DNA from: Anolis carolinensis
Lineage: Eukaryota
Length of the DNA: 58,090 bases
Reading direction: 5' to 3'
NCBI RefSeq assembly: GCF_035594765.1
Contig: NC_085848.1
Location: 5,911-64,000, forward strand
Made by a program: the position numbers and the translations under genes. The notes under the pieces are model-generated. The model saw nothing but the letters and a program-made list of their open reading frames with translations. It was not told the origin of the DNA and searched no databases. Shown here in pieces: positions 14,041 to 27,686 of this stretch (positions are counted from its first letter, which is position 1; the number at the start of each line of letters is the position of its first letter).

Positions 14041-14104
14041 ATATTTTTATTCCATATTTTATTATTATTCTATTTTTATATTATATATTGTCTATTATTT
14101 CGGT

Positions 14105-14143
<39 letters not shown>

Positions 14144-14444
14144 ATATTTTTATTCCATTTTTTATTATTATTCTATTTTTATAGTATATGTCATTGATTA
14201 TTTCAGTTATTATATTATTTTTATTATATATATTATTATATAATAAATTATATTATATATATTATTTTTATTCCATTTTTTATTATTATTTTATTTTATA
14301 TTATATATCACTTATTATTTTGGTTATCCTATTATTTTTCCATTTTTTATGATTATTCTATTTTTATATCATAGTTCATTTATTATTTTGGTTATTATAT
14401 TATTTTTATTATATATATTATTATATAATAAATTATATATTATA

Positions 14445-14475
<31 letters not shown>

Positions 14476-17400
14476 CACATACACACACATACACTAGCTG
14501 TGCCCGGCCACGCGTTGCTGTGGCAAAGTGGTGGTGGTATTGGTTAAAAATTGTTGTGTAATTTTTATTTGACTTTATTTGCATTTTTTTAATTAATTTT
14601 ATTGTAAGTTATATTTTTATTTATTATATTTTATTATTTTCTTGTATTATTTTTAGTTATTTTCTGTTATTATAGTATTGTATTGTATTAATTTTTTTAG
14701 TGTTTTTTATTATTTTTTATTGGGTTGCTAGGAGACCAAGTAGGCGGAGCTTAGCCTTCTAACTGGCAGCAATTGGATAAAAGCAATTATTCTCTCTAAT
14801 TAGGACTTTATTTTTCTTTTCTTTTTGTTGTATCAACCTAGAGGCGCGGATGATGGGTTGTGTTGTCAAATTTCCAGGTTGGGGGGCCTGTAGTTTTGTT
14901 GTTTTGTGGGTCGCCGTGATGCCATCACTCTTTTATATATATAGATAGATATATTATTTTTATTCCATTTTTAATTATTATTTTATTTTTATATTATATA
15001 TCACTTATTATTTTGGTTATTATATTATTTTTATTATATATAATATTATATAATACATTATATATTATATATATTATTTTTATTCCATTTTTATTATTAT
15101 TCTATTTTTATATTATAGATCATTTATTATTTCAGTTATTATATTATTTTTTGTTATATTTTATTATTTTATACATCATTTTTGTTCTGTGACGTTATCC
15201 TCATTTTTATTCTGTTTCTATTATTCTATTATTTTTGTTATTATATATTTTATTATTTTATAGATCATTCTATTATTTTAGTTTGTTTTTGTAATCTTAT
15301 TTTTTATTTAATTTATTATTATTATTTTTATTTTATCGTTGTTACATTAAGAATTATTTTGTATTTTATTTTATTGTTTTCTGTATTATTTTTGTATTTA
15401 TATTTTATATTAATTATATATCATTGTAGCATTGATTAAATATATATTCATTACATATTTTATATTATTTTATCCTATTACTTGTATTCCATTGCATACT
15501 ATTATTTATTTGTTTTCACTAGTCTCCTATGGGTCTATGGCATGTATATGAACGGAGGCAAACTACGTCTCTCTTTTGTGTGTGCTTCCAGGGCAATGGA
15601 TGACCCTCCTCCTCCTCCTCCTCCTGCGGGGGATTTGCAGTGCCTCTCCTGGCTCACCTCCGTGGACGTCCCACGTCTACAGAGCAGGACCCGACCAACA
15701 CACACAGGTACCAAGATGGACCTTGACTTCCGATGGTCAATCTTGACTTCCTATGCTCAACATTGACTTCTTCCTATGGTAAACACTGACATATCAAGCT
15801 GAACATTGACTTCCTATGGTCACCATTGACTTCCTATAATCAATGTAGACTTACTAAGCTGAAGGTTGGCTTCCTATGGTCACCGTTGACTTCTGATGGT
15901 CACCGTTGACTTCCAGTGGTCACTGTTGACTTCCTATAATCAATGTAGACTAAGCTGAATGTTGGCTTCCTATGGTCACTGTTGGCTTCCTATGGTCACT
16001 GTTGGCTTCCTATGGTTACCGTTGGCTCCTTATGGTCACCGTTGGCTTCTTATGGTCACCGTTGGCTTCCTATGGTCACCGTTGGCTTCCTATGGTCACC
16101 GTTGGCTTCCTATGGTCACCGTTGGCTTCCTATGGTCACCGTTGGCTTCCTATGGTCACCGTTGGCTTCCTATGGTCACCGTTGACTTCCTATGGTCACC
16201 GTTGACTTCCAGTGGTCACTGTTGACTTCCTATAATCAATGTAGACTAAGCTGAATGTTGGCTTCCTATGGTCACTGTTGGCTTCCTATGGTCACTGTTG
16301 GCTTCCTATGGTTACCGTTGGCTCCTTATGGTCACCGTTGGCTTCTTATGGTCACCGTTGGCTTCTTATGGTCACCGTTGGCTTCCTATGGTCACCGTTG
16401 GCTTCCTATGGTCACCGTTGGCTTCCTATGGTCACCGTTGGCTTCCTATGGTCACCATTGGCTTCCTATGGTCACCGTTGGCTTCCTATGGTCACCGTTG
16501 GCTTCTTATGGTCACCGTTGGCTTCCTATGGTCACTGTTGACTTCCTATAATCAATGTAGACTAAGCTGAATGTTGGCTTCCTATGGTCACTGTTGGCTT
16601 CCTATGGTCACTGTTGGCTTCCTATGGTTACCGTTGGCTCCTTATGGTCACCGTTGGCTTCTTATGGTCACCGTTGGCTTCCTATGGTCACCGTTGGCTT
16701 CCTATGGTCACCGTTGGCTTCCTATGGTCACCGTTGGCTTCCTATGGTCACCGTTGGCTTCCTATGGTCACCGTTGGCTTCCTATGGTCACCGTTGACTT
16801 CCTATGGTCACCGTTGACTTCCAGTGGTCACTGTTGACTTCCTATAATCAATGTAGACTAAGCTGAATGTTGGCTTCCTATGGTCACTGTTGGCTTCCTA
16901 TGGTCACTGTTGGCTTCCTATGGTTACCGTTGGCTCCTTATGGTCACCGTTGGCTTCTTATGGTCACCGTTGGCTTCTTATGGTCACCGTTGGCTTCCTA
17001 TGGTCACCGTTGGCTTCCTATGGTCACCGTTGGCTTCCTATGGTCACCGTTGGCTTCCTATGGTCACCATTGGCTTCCTATGGTCACCGTTGGCTTCCTA
17101 TGGTCACCGTTGGCTTCTTATGGTCACCGTTGGCTTCCTATGGTCACTGTTGGCTTCCTATGGTCACCGTTGGCTTCCTATGGTCACCGTTGGCTCCTTA
17201 TGGTCACCGTTGGCTTCCTATGGTCACCGTTGGCTTCTTATGGTCACCGTTGGCTTCCTATGGTCACCGTTGACTTCCTATGCTCACCGTTGACTTCCTA
17301 TGTTCACCGTTGACTTCCTACAATCAATGTAGACTTATCAAGCTGAATATTGACTTCCTGTGGTCAACACTGACTTCCTATGGTCACCGTTGACTTCTTA

Positions 17401-17618
17401 TGCTCACCGTTGACTTCCAATGGTCACTGTTGACTTCCTACAATCAATGTAGACTTATCAAGCTGAACGTTGACTTCCTGTGGTCAACATTGACTTCCTA
17501 TGGTCACCGTTAACTTCCCAAGGCCACCCTTGACTTCCTATGGTCACTGTTGACTTCCTATAATCAATGTAGACTTATCAAGCTAAACGTTGACTTCCGA
17601 TGGTCACTGTTGACTTCC

Positions 17619-17667
<49 letters not shown>

Positions 17668-20600
17668 TGTTGTTGTTTTCTGTGCCTGTATACAGGTCGC
17701 CTGCTGTCCTCCTCTCTGCCGCAAAGCATCCTGGGACTCAGCGCTGTGAGTGTGACCCCCTCCCTTCCCCCTCCTTGCCTTTCTCCCATTGGCTACAAGT
17801 CAAGGAGGAAGTTAACGCTTTCACTTCCCGTTAGGTCAGCCGCTATGCGCCGCTCTTCCCTCCGCCGCCATCTTGCCAGGAGCAGCAGGCCTTCGCCATG
17901 GCGCAACAGGTACTCGATGAATAGACTATAGGGAGCACCATTCAGGTGTTTCGGCCTCACCTGCAAATAGGTGAGGAAATGGGAAATGGAGTATTATATA
18001 TAGAGGATTGATTGATGTGTGTTTGTTTACCTTGTATTTCCCAGTGTCCCCCGCAGGCCGCCATGTACAGCCATTCCTCCTATGCGCTGCAGCAGCAGCA
18101 GACACCGTATGCGCCTCCGCACATTGCGCCACTCAACAACAACGCCCAGGAAATGCACCCCAAGCATTACCCCAAACCCATATATTCCTACAGGTGGGTC
18201 TCTTCTATAGGTTTAATAGGACTTATAGGTGCCAAATATGGCGGGTCGGCCTCACCATAGTATTTTGTCTTCTTCTCACAGTTGCTTGATCGCAATGGCG
18301 CTGAAGAACAGCCAGACGGGCAGCCTCCCCGTGAGCGAGATCTACAGCTTCATGAAGGAGCACTTCCCCTACTTCAAGGTGAGCCAAGGGCGGGCTCCGT
18401 GGCTCCTCCCCCTTTGACCCCGTTCCGTTGACCCTTGAGGTCACTCAAGGTCACTTCCTTCCTTCCTTCTCTTGAAGACGGCGCCCGACGGATGGAAGAA
18501 CTCGGTGCGGCACAACCTCTCGCTCAACAAGTGCTTCACGAAGGTGGAGAGCAAGGCCTCCTCCTCCTCCTCCTCTTCCTCGCGCAAGGGCTGCCTCTGG
18601 GCCCTGAACCCGGCCAAGATCGGGAAGATGGAGGAGGAGATGCAGAAGTGGAAGCGGAAGGACCTCCCCGCCATCCACAGGAGCATGGCCAACCCAGGTG
18701 AGATACTTCCCATGGACAACGTTGACTTACTAAGGTGAACGTCGACTTCCGATGGCCAATGTTGACTTCCTATGGCCAACGTTGACTTACTAAGATGAAT
18801 GTTGACTTCCGATGGCCAATGTTGACTTCCTATGGCCAACGTTGACTTACTAAGATGAATGTTGACTTCCGATGGCCAATTTTAACTTTCTTTGGCCAAT
18901 GTTGACTTACTAAGATGAATGTTGACTTCTGATGGCCAACATTGACTTTCTATGGCCAACGTTGACTTACTAGGATTAATTTTGACTTCCAATGGCAAAT
19001 GTCAACTTTCTATGGCCAACATTGACTTACTGAGATGAACATGAACTTCCGATGGCCAACATTGACTTACTAAGATGAATGTTGTCTTCCGATGGCCAAC
19101 GTTGAATTACTAAGATGAACGTTGTCTTCCGATGGCCAATGTTGACTTTCTATGGCCAACGTTGACTTACTAAGATGAACGTTGACTTTCAATGGCCAAC
19201 GTTGACTTTCTATGGCCAATGTTGACTTACTAAGATGAACGTTGATTTCTGATGGCCAATGTCAACTTTCTATGTTGACTTACTAAGACGAACGTTGACT
19301 TTCAATAGCCAAGGTAAAATTTCTATGGCCAACGTTGACTTACTAAGACGAACGTTGACTTCCAATGGCCAATGTCAACTTTCTATGGCCAACGTTGACT
19401 TACTAAGATGAATGTTGACTTCTGATGGCCAGTGTTGACTTCCTATAGCCAACGTTGACTTACTAAGATGAACGTTGACTTTCAATGGCCAACGTTGACT
19501 TTCTATGGCCAATGTTGACTCACTAAGATGAACATTGACTTCTGATGGCCAATGTTGACTTCCTATGGTCAACGTTGACTTACTAAGTTGAACGTTGACT
19601 TCCTATGGCCAATGTTGACTTACTAAGATGAATGTTGACTTCCAATGGCCAACGTTGACTTCCTATGTTCAACCTTGACTTTCTAAGATGAACATTGACT
19701 TCTGATGGCCAACGTTGACTTCCTATTGCCAAGGTTGACTTACTAAGTTGAACGTTGACTTCCAATGGCCAGTGTTGACTTTCTATGGCCAAGGTTGACT
19801 TACTAAGATGAATGTTGACTTCCAATGGCCACTGTTGACTTCTGATACCCAATGTTGACTTCTGATACCCAATGTTGACTTATTAAGATGAACATTGACT
19901 TCAATGGCCAATGTTGACTTCTTATGGCTAATGTTCACTTACTAAGATGAACATTGACTTCCAATGGCCAATGTTGAGTTCTTTTGGCCAACGTTTACTT
20001 ACTAAGGTGAAGGTTGATGTCTGATGGCCAACGTTGACTTACTAAGATGAATGTTGACTTAAATGGCCAATGTTGACTTCCTATGGCCAACGTTGACTCC
20101 TGATACCCAATGTTGACTTATTAACATGGACGCTGACTTCAGATGGTCAACATTGACTAAGATGAACGTTGACTTCAATTGCCAATGTTGACTTCTTATG
20201 GACAATGTTCACTTTCTAAGATGAACATTGACTTCCAATAGCCAACACTGGCTTACTAAGATTGATGTTGACGTGCTGTAGACAATTTTGACTTACAGAG
20301 ATGAACATTGACTTCTAATGACCAATGTTGACTTACTACCGTAGATGTCTGACAGCCAATGTTGACTTACATTCAACGTTGACTTCCAATGGCCAATGTT
20401 GACTTATTAAGATGAACGTTGACTTCTGATGGCCAACATTGATTTACTATGATCAACGTTGACTTCCAATTGTCAGTGCTGACTTCCAATGGCCAATGTT
20501 GACTTATTAAGATGAACGTTGACTTCTGATGGCCAACATTGATTTACTATGATCAACGTTGACTTCCAATTGTCAGTGCTGACTTCCAATGGCCAATGTT

Positions 20601-21557
20601 GACTTATTAAGATGAACGTTGACTTCTGATGGCCAACATTGATTTACTATGATCAACGTTGACTTCCAATTGTCAGTGTTGACTTCCTATGGCCAATGTT
20701 GACTTAAGAAAATGAACGTTGACTTCTGATGACCAATGATCACTTACTATGATGAACATTGACTTCCGATGGCCAACATTGATTTACTAAGATGAATGTT
20801 GACTTCTGAATGCTGACTTACTAGGATGAATTTTGACTTCCGATGGGGAATGTTGACTTCCAGAAATGAACGTTGACTTCTGAAGGCCAATGTTGACTAG
20901 ACCCTTCTTCTTGAGAGGATATCTCTTCCATTTGAGATCAGTTCTTCTCTAACCTGTGTCCATTTCTCTTCCTATAGAAGAGCTGGACAAGCTGATCACA
21001 GACCGGCCAGAGAACTGCAGGAGGAAGCCCGCCGAGGGCGAAGCCGCCCGGAACATTGTGTCACGACCCACACAACAGCCTCCACCACAACCAGTGATGG
21101 CGCTGCCCTTGCCCCCACTGTCCTTGCACCACCAGGTCCAGGCCCAGTCCTGCATGGCGCCCGACTCTCCGGCCCCCGCGCAGACCCCACCACTACATGC
21201 CCTGCACAGCATGGGGCACGGCAGCCCCCTCCCCACACCCATGATGCCACCACCACCACCACCACCGACACATGGGGTCCTCCTCCGTGGCCCCGACTTC
21301 CTCAGCGCCGTCATGGCCGACATGGACGCCGAGGTGGACGCCCTGGACCCCAGCATCATGGACTTTGCCCTCCAAGGTGAGTGGCCCCTATAGCTCTCAA
21401 TGGTGGACCATATTATACAGTGTATTCTCTATATATATGCACGTTAGTACATCTTGATTATATACTCTCGTCATTATTACTACATCATTATAATTTCTAT
21501 ATTATTATTAATCTTCTCTCACTCCAGAAGCAACTCCTGTTGCTCCTGAAATGAAAA

Positions 21558-21603
<46 letters not shown>

Positions 21604-21882
21604 GACATGATCCCTGTGACCAACAGGGTGGAAGTAGATTTCCAGTATCCAATGTACTGCCACCCTATTGATCGCAGGTATAATGTTCAATAATAATAAT
21701 AATAATTATTATTATTATTATCCAGCATATATATCTTAGTGTCAATAATAATAATAATAATAATAATAATAGAAATATTAAAGGTGTGATAATATAATCT
21801 AATGTACTATATATATATATTATTATTATCCAGCATATATATCTCATTTGCTGTGTCATACTTTGTGTCAATAATAATAATC

Positions 21883-21918
<36 letters not shown>

Positions 21919-23441
21919 GAAATATTAAAGGTGTGATAATATAATCTAATGTACTATATATATATATATTATTATTATTATCCAGCATATATATCTCATT
22001 TGCTGTGTCATACTTTGTGTCAATAATAATAATAATAATAATAATAATAGAAATATTAAAGGTGTGATAATATAATCTAATGTTTATATATATGTAATAA
22101 TGATAATGCAATATAACAATATAATATAATGTAATATACTATTTATTTATATCCCTTCATGTCTCCTGAAGGAGACTCAAAGCAGCTACAATAATAATAA
22201 AAAATAATGTAAGGTGTCTAATAATAATAATAATATAAATAAAAATTATTATATTACATTACTATACCTATTATAGTATATTATTATAAAATAGTATATA
22301 TTAATACTAATTATTATTATTATTATATTACATTACAATACCTATTATAGTATATTATTATAATATAGTATATATTAATACTAATAATAATATAAATAAT
22401 AATAATTATATTACATTACAATACCTATTATAGTATATTATTATAATATAATATATATTAATACTACTACTACTAATATAAATAATAATTATATTACATT
22501 ACTATACCTATTATAGTATATTATTATAAAATAGTATATATTAATAGTACTACTAATAATAATATAAATAATAATAATTATATCGCATTACATTACTATA
22601 CCTAATAGTATATTATTATAATATAGTATACATAAATAATACTAACAATATAAATAATAATAATTATATCACATTACTATACCTATTATAGTATATTATT
22701 ATAATATAGTATATATTAATAGTACTACTAATAATAATATAAATAATAATAATTATATCGCATTACATTACTATACCTATTATAGTATATTATTATAATA
22801 TAGTATACATAAATAATACTAACAATATAAATAATAATTATATCACATTACTATACCTATTATAGTATATTATTATAATATAGTATATATTAATACTACT
22901 ACTAATAATAATATAAATAATAATTATTATATTACATTACTATACCTATTATAGTATATTATTATAATATAGTATAGTATATTATTACTATACCCTAGTA
23001 ATATTTTGTTACATTATTATAGTATTATTATAACACACCAGCACACTATAACTCACCTCGATCTGGATACTAGACTCCGAATGATGCAGCCGAGGATCGC
23101 ATTGGGTTTTCTCGCTGGCGCATGCCATTGTTGGCTTAGGTTGTGGTCTACCAAGAAAGACCCCTAAGACCTCTTTGGACCCCTTTCTAGGAAACATCTG
23201 GGACGAGATCAAGGACGAGAGCTTCAACCTGGACAGCCTGGGGGCCTTCAGCCACTCTCCGCTGCCCGACTGCAACATGGCCTCCACCACCGGACTGAAC
23301 CCGGCCTGCGGAGGAAGTGACCACTCCTTTTCGGACTTGCAAATGACCGGCCTCTATGCCACGTATGCCACGCTGGACGCTGCCGTCTCTTCTGCGCCCT
23401 ACCTGGGTGCCCAAGGCAACAAGCCCATCACCCTCCATTGA
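5083..23441 (+). CDS. FOXN4: Forkhead box protein N4, 9 coding exons: 5083-5144, 15592-15707, 17696-17745, 17835-17909, 18045-18193, 18282-18378, 18478-18697, 20978-21376, 23191-23441 (1419 nt, ~472 aa)
   Basis: Start [21 protein letters not shown] and [18 protein letters not shown] match the FOXN4 N-terminus. The forkhead domain reads [62 protein letters not shown]...[13 protein letters not shown]. The C-terminal region reads [27 protein letters not shown]...GNKPITLH*. All introns are GT-AG and exon phases join in frame. The two small exons at 17696 and 17835 are the least certain. Confidence 0.95.
5481..5803. mobile_element. Tc1/mariner-superfamily MITE
   Basis: TIRs CAGTAGAGTCTCACTTATCCAA / TTGGATAAGTGAGACTCTACTG with TA target duplication and no ORF. 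Confidence 0.85.
5968..7460 (+). repeat. Tandemly amplified LINE/SINE 3'-tail fragments (gtgagccaccctgagtcccttcgg...gagatggg...tataagaataaa) separated by (TAA)/(TTA)n; gap-ridden
   Basis: At least eight copies are visible between N gaps. Related solo tails occur at ~22140-22190, 41040-41100, 51355-51410 and 51730-51780. Confidence 0.6.
9649..10134 (+). mobile_element. R4/Dong-clade non-LTR retrotransposon fragment (zinc knuckle + restriction-like endonuclease)
   Basis: Contains the CRLC...ILSCC knuckle, KQRHN, and NTPDITVV...IIDVAIP...EK..Y (PD-(D/E)xK-type endonuclease). Its 5' end abuts (TAA)n, the Dong-type target. Confidence 0.8.
10135..10407 (+). mobile_element. Penelope-like element terminal fragment
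   Basis: Ends with the cctcacaacctctgagga...gaaacgtcaggagagaatgcttctggaacatggcc...caacaacc terminus that recurs at 42938-43031 and contains a hammerhead core typical of Penelope-like elements. Confidence 0.7.
10315..10355 (+). ncRNA. Minimal type I hammerhead ribozyme motif
   Basis: CCT-CTGAGGA-T-GCCTGC-catagat-GTGGGC-GAAAC-GTC-AGG. Stem I is CCU/AGG, core CUGAnGA, stem II 6 bp, then GAAA, a palindromic ACGU stem III and the GUC cleavage triplet. Confidence 0.75.
12438..13206 (-). mobile_element. Two head-to-tail non-autonomous Helitrons (12438-12958, 12959-13206)
   Basis: On the minus strand each starts TCTATATATATAAAAGAGTGATGGCATC and ends GCAACGCGTGGCCGGGCACAGCTAG (5' TC, 3' CTAG with a GC-rich subterminal hairpin). 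They are inserted between A and T with no TSD. Confidence 0.8.
13620..14200. repeat. ~100-bp tandem repeat with variable (TA)n
   Basis: Repeated ttattccatattttattatt...tttcggttac(ta)n, ~5 copies. Confidence 0.8.
14494..14945 (-). mobile_element. Non-autonomous Helitron
   Basis: Same TC...CTAG termini and shared internal sequence. Confidence 0.8.
15718..17620. repeat. 20-bp minisatellite (gttggcttcctatggtcacc) with ~300-bp higher-order units, FOXN4 intron
   Basis: Direct reading; higher-order anchors tataatcaatgtagactaagctgaat recur at ~15935, 16231, 16547 and 16843. Confidence 0.92.
18705..20900. repeat. Degenerate 20/60-bp gttgactt satellite, FOXN4 intron
   Basis: Repeated gttgacttactaagatgaat / gttgacttcctatggccaac. 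Confidence 0.92.
22240..22990. repeat. ~90-bp AT-rich minisatellite
   Basis: Repeated cattactatacctattatagtatattattataatatagtata. Confidence 0.8.
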
Positions 23442-26285
23442 CTTCCGATGGTCAACGTTGACTTACTAACGTTGACTTATCAGGCTGAATGGTCACCATT
23501 GACTTCTGATGGTCACCGTTGACTTCTGATGGTCAACGTTGACTTCCTATAATTAATGTAGACTTACCAAGCTGGACGTTGACTTCCTATGCTCATCGTT
23601 GACTTCCTATGGTCAACGTTGACTTCCAATGGTCACCATTGACTTATCAGGCTGAACGTTGACTTCCAATGGTCACCATTGACTTCTGATGGTCACCGTT
23701 GACTTCTGATGGTCAACGTCGACTTCCTATAATTAATGTAGACTTACCAAGCTGGACGTTGACTTCCTATGCTCATCGTTGACTTCCTATGGTCAACGTT
23801 GACTTCCAATGGTCACCATTGACTTATCAGGCTGAACGTTGACTTCCAATGGTCACCATTGACTTATCAGGCTGAACGTTGACTTCCAATGGTCACCATT
23901 GACTTCTGATGGTCACCGTTGACTTCTGATGGTCAACGTCGACTTCCTATAATTAATGTAGACTTACCAAGCTGGACGTTGACTTCCTATGCTCATCGTT
24001 GACTTCCTATGGTCAACGTTGACTTCCAATGGTCACCATTGACTTATCAGGCTGAACGTTGACTTCCAATGGTCACCATTGACTTCTGATGGTCACCGTT
24101 GACTTCTGATGGTCAACGTTGACTTCCTATAATTAATGTAGACTTACCAAGCTGGACGTTGACTTCCTATGCTCATCGTTGACTTCCTATGGTCAACGTT
24201 GACTTCCAATGGTCACCATTGACTTATCAGGCTGAACGTTGACTTCCAATGGTCACCATTGACTTCTGATGGTCACCGTTGACTTCCTATAATTAATGTA
24301 GACTTACCAAGCTGGACGTTGACTTCCGATGGTCAACATTGACTTCTTATGTTGACTTACCAAGATAAACATTGACTTCTGATGGCCAATGTTGACTTAT
24401 TAAGATGGACATTGACTTCCTATGGCCAACATTGACTTCTTATGTTGACTTACCAAGATAAAAATTGACTTCCGATGGCCAATGTTGACTTACCAAGATG
24501 GGCATTGACTTCCTATGGCCAACATTGACTTCTTATGTTGACTTACCAAGATAAACGTTGACTTCCGATGGCCAATGTTGACTTATCAAGATGGGCATGA
24601 CTTCCTATGGCCAACATTGACTTCTTATGTTGACTTACCAAGATAAACATTGACTTCCTATGGCCAATGTTGACTTATCAAGATGGGCATTGACCTTCTA
24701 TGGCCAACATTGACTTCTTATGTTGACTTACCAAGATGGGCATTGACTTCCTATGGCCAACATTGACTTTCGATGGCCAATGTTAACTTACCAAGATGGG
24801 CATTGACTTCCTATGGCCAACATTGACTTCTTATGTTTACTTACCAAGATAAACATTGACTTCCGATGACCAGTGTTGACTTCTGATACTCAGTGTTGAC
24901 TTATTAAGATTCATGTTGACTTCCAATAACTTACCAAGATGAATGTTGACTTCCGATGCCCAACACTGAATTACCAAGATGAACATTGACTTCCTATGGC
25001 CAACGTTGACTTCCCATGTTCAGCGTTGACTTACCAAGATGAACATTGACTTCCGATAGCCAACATTGACTTCCGATGGCCAATGTTGATTTCCTTTGAC
25101 CAGCATTGACTTATTAAGAAGAACATTGACTTCCAATAGTCAACACTGACTTAATAAGAGGAATGTTGACTTCTAATGGCCAACATTGACTTCCTGTGTT
25201 CAACGTTGACTTCCTAAAATGAATGTAGACTTTCAATGGCCAATATTGACTTCCTATGGCCAGTGTTGACTTCCCAAGATGAACATTGATTTCCAGTGGC
25301 CAACACTGACTTACCAAGATGAACGTTCACATCTGATGGCCAACATTGACTTCCTATGTTCAGTGTTAACTTACTAAGATGAATGTGGACTTTCAGTGGC
25401 CAATATTGACTTCTTATGATCAATGTTGACTTCCTAAGATGAACAATGATGTCCGGTGGCCAATGTTGACTTCTGATGGCTAACATGGACTTCCTTTGTC
25501 CAATGTTGACTTACCAAAATGAATGTTGACTATCTATGGCCAACATTGACTTCCTATGGCCAATGTTGACTTACCAAGATGAATGTTGACTTCCGATGGC
25601 CAACATTGACTTCCAATGGTCAACGTTGAGTTACTAAGATGAATGTTCACTTCCTATGGCCAACATTGACTTCCTATGTTAAACGTTGACTTACTAAGAT
25701 GAATGTTGACTTCCTATGGCCAATATTGACTTCCTATGGCCAATGTTGACTTACAAAGATGAATGTTGACTTTCAATGGCCAATATTGACTTCCTATGGC
25801 CAATGTTGACTTAGAAAGATGAATGTTGACATTCAATGGCCAACATTGACTTTCAATGACCAACATTGACTTTTGATGGCCAATGTTGAATTCCTAAGAT
25901 GAATTTTGACTTTCAATGGTTGACTTATTAAGGTGAATGTTGACCTCTAATGGCCAACATTGACTTCCTTTGGCCAACGTTGACTTTTGATGGCCAACTT
26001 TGGCTCACTAAGATGAACATTGACTTCTGATGGCCAACATTGACTTCTTATGGCCAACATTGATTTACCAAGACGAATATTGACTTTCAAAGGTTGACTT
26101 ATTAAGATGAATGTTGACTTCTGATGGCCAACATCGACTCCTGATGGCCAACGTTGACTTACCAAGTTGAACATTGACTTCCTATGTTCAACGTTGAGTT
26201 CCTAAGATGAATGTTGACTTTCAATGGCCAACATTGACTTCCGATGGCCAATGTTGACTAAGATGAACATTGACTTCCTATGGAC
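23436..26285. repeat. gttgactt satellite filling the FOXN4 3' UTR, with ~180-bp higher-order units in the first 0.9 kb
   Basis: Same 20-bp family as the intronic arrays; it starts at the stop codon. Confidence 0.92.
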
Positions 26286-26698
26286 TGCTGTGCTTTTGTG
26301 TCATATAGACTCATAAATCCATGCATCACGATGAACAATTTAAACCATCTTTTCAAGGAAGGAATGAGGCTGATCTCTGAATATGAAATAATGTAATGAT
26401 CCTGAAATATATTAGGGATTAACTTTTTTAAAGAGCAGGAACATAGGGTTTGATACTTAGACTTGAGTAGAGTTGTTGTTGTTGTTTTTTGTTTTTTTTA
26501 CTGTAGGCAGGGTTACTGTTTGTAAATCTTATTTATAATTTATTTCCTATGAAATAGAATGTGAACCAGATTTTCAACCATCCGAAAACTCATGTTTATA
26601 AATGACTTAATTTAATTGTTCAACGTCTCCACATCAAGTCGCAATGACAACTCTGGATAGGAAACGGTTATTAAAATGTACTGTTTTGATAATTTAAT

Positions 26699-26704
26699 AA
26701 TAAA
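26699..26704 (+). terminator. FOXN4: Candidate FOXN4 polyadenylation signal AATAAA
   Basis: AATAAA lies within the unique-sequence 3' UTR-like block 26280-26840 that follows the satellite. An ATTAAA is also present at 26670. Confidence 0.45.
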
Positions 26705-26835
26705 ATTTGAGAATTTTATCCAGCTGTCTCTGTGTACACATGTGCATAACATTCGGACGCTGCGAAAGGAAAGGACAAAAATATCCCATCTTTGAACAAT
26801 AGGATCAGCAAAATGTTGTTCCCCCAAAAAATAAC

Positions 26836-26888
<53 letters not shown>

Positions 26889-27042
26889 ATTGCCAACCAC
26901 CAGCAGATTTATATATTATTGTTATACTATTTATATATTGAGAAAACTGTACATAAATTATTCTTATATACTACCAGTACTCTTGTCAATCATATATTTA
27001 TTATTGCTATTATTAATAATAATACTGTGCGCAACACTATTA

Positions 27043-27077
<35 letters not shown>

Positions 27078-27363
27078 GGACTCCTGTACATGACACTACA
27101 TGTTGTGACTGCAGTATAGAATAATAATAATATATAATATATATAGTATATATTATTAATATAATATATAATATAATATATAATAATATACAGCCAGCAC
27201 TCCTGTATATGATACTAATGTCATGTTCAGAGATTGTAATAAATAATACTAATAATTATAAGAAATAATATATATAATATTATAATATATAATTATTATT
27301 ATATACAGCCAGCGCTCTTGTATATGATTGCAGTATATAATTATAATAAAAATAATATAAATA

Positions 27364-27686
27364 CAGTAGAGTCTCACTTTTCCAACACTCGCTTATCCAA
27401 TGTTCTGGATTATCCAACGCATTTTTGTAGTCAATGTTTTCAATATATCATGATATTTTGGTGCTAAATTCGTAAATACAGTAATTACTACATAGCATTA
27501 CTGTGTAATGAACTACTTTTTCTGCCAAATTTGTTGTATAACATGATGTTTTGGTTCTTAACTTGTAAAATCATAACCTAATTTGATGTTTAACAGGCTT
27601 TTCCTTAATCTCTCCTTATTATCCAACATATTCGCTTATCCAACGTTCTGCGGGCCCGTTTATGTTGGATAAGTGAGACTCTACTG
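27364..27686. mobile_element. Tc1/mariner-superfamily MITE
   Basis: Same TIRs, TA flanks and length as 5481-5803. Confidence 0.85.

Noticed and set aside
15959-17313. Repetitive ORFs ([20 protein letters not shown])
   Set aside because: Translation of a 20-bp minisatellite within a FOXN4 intron; the same peptide appears in all three frames.
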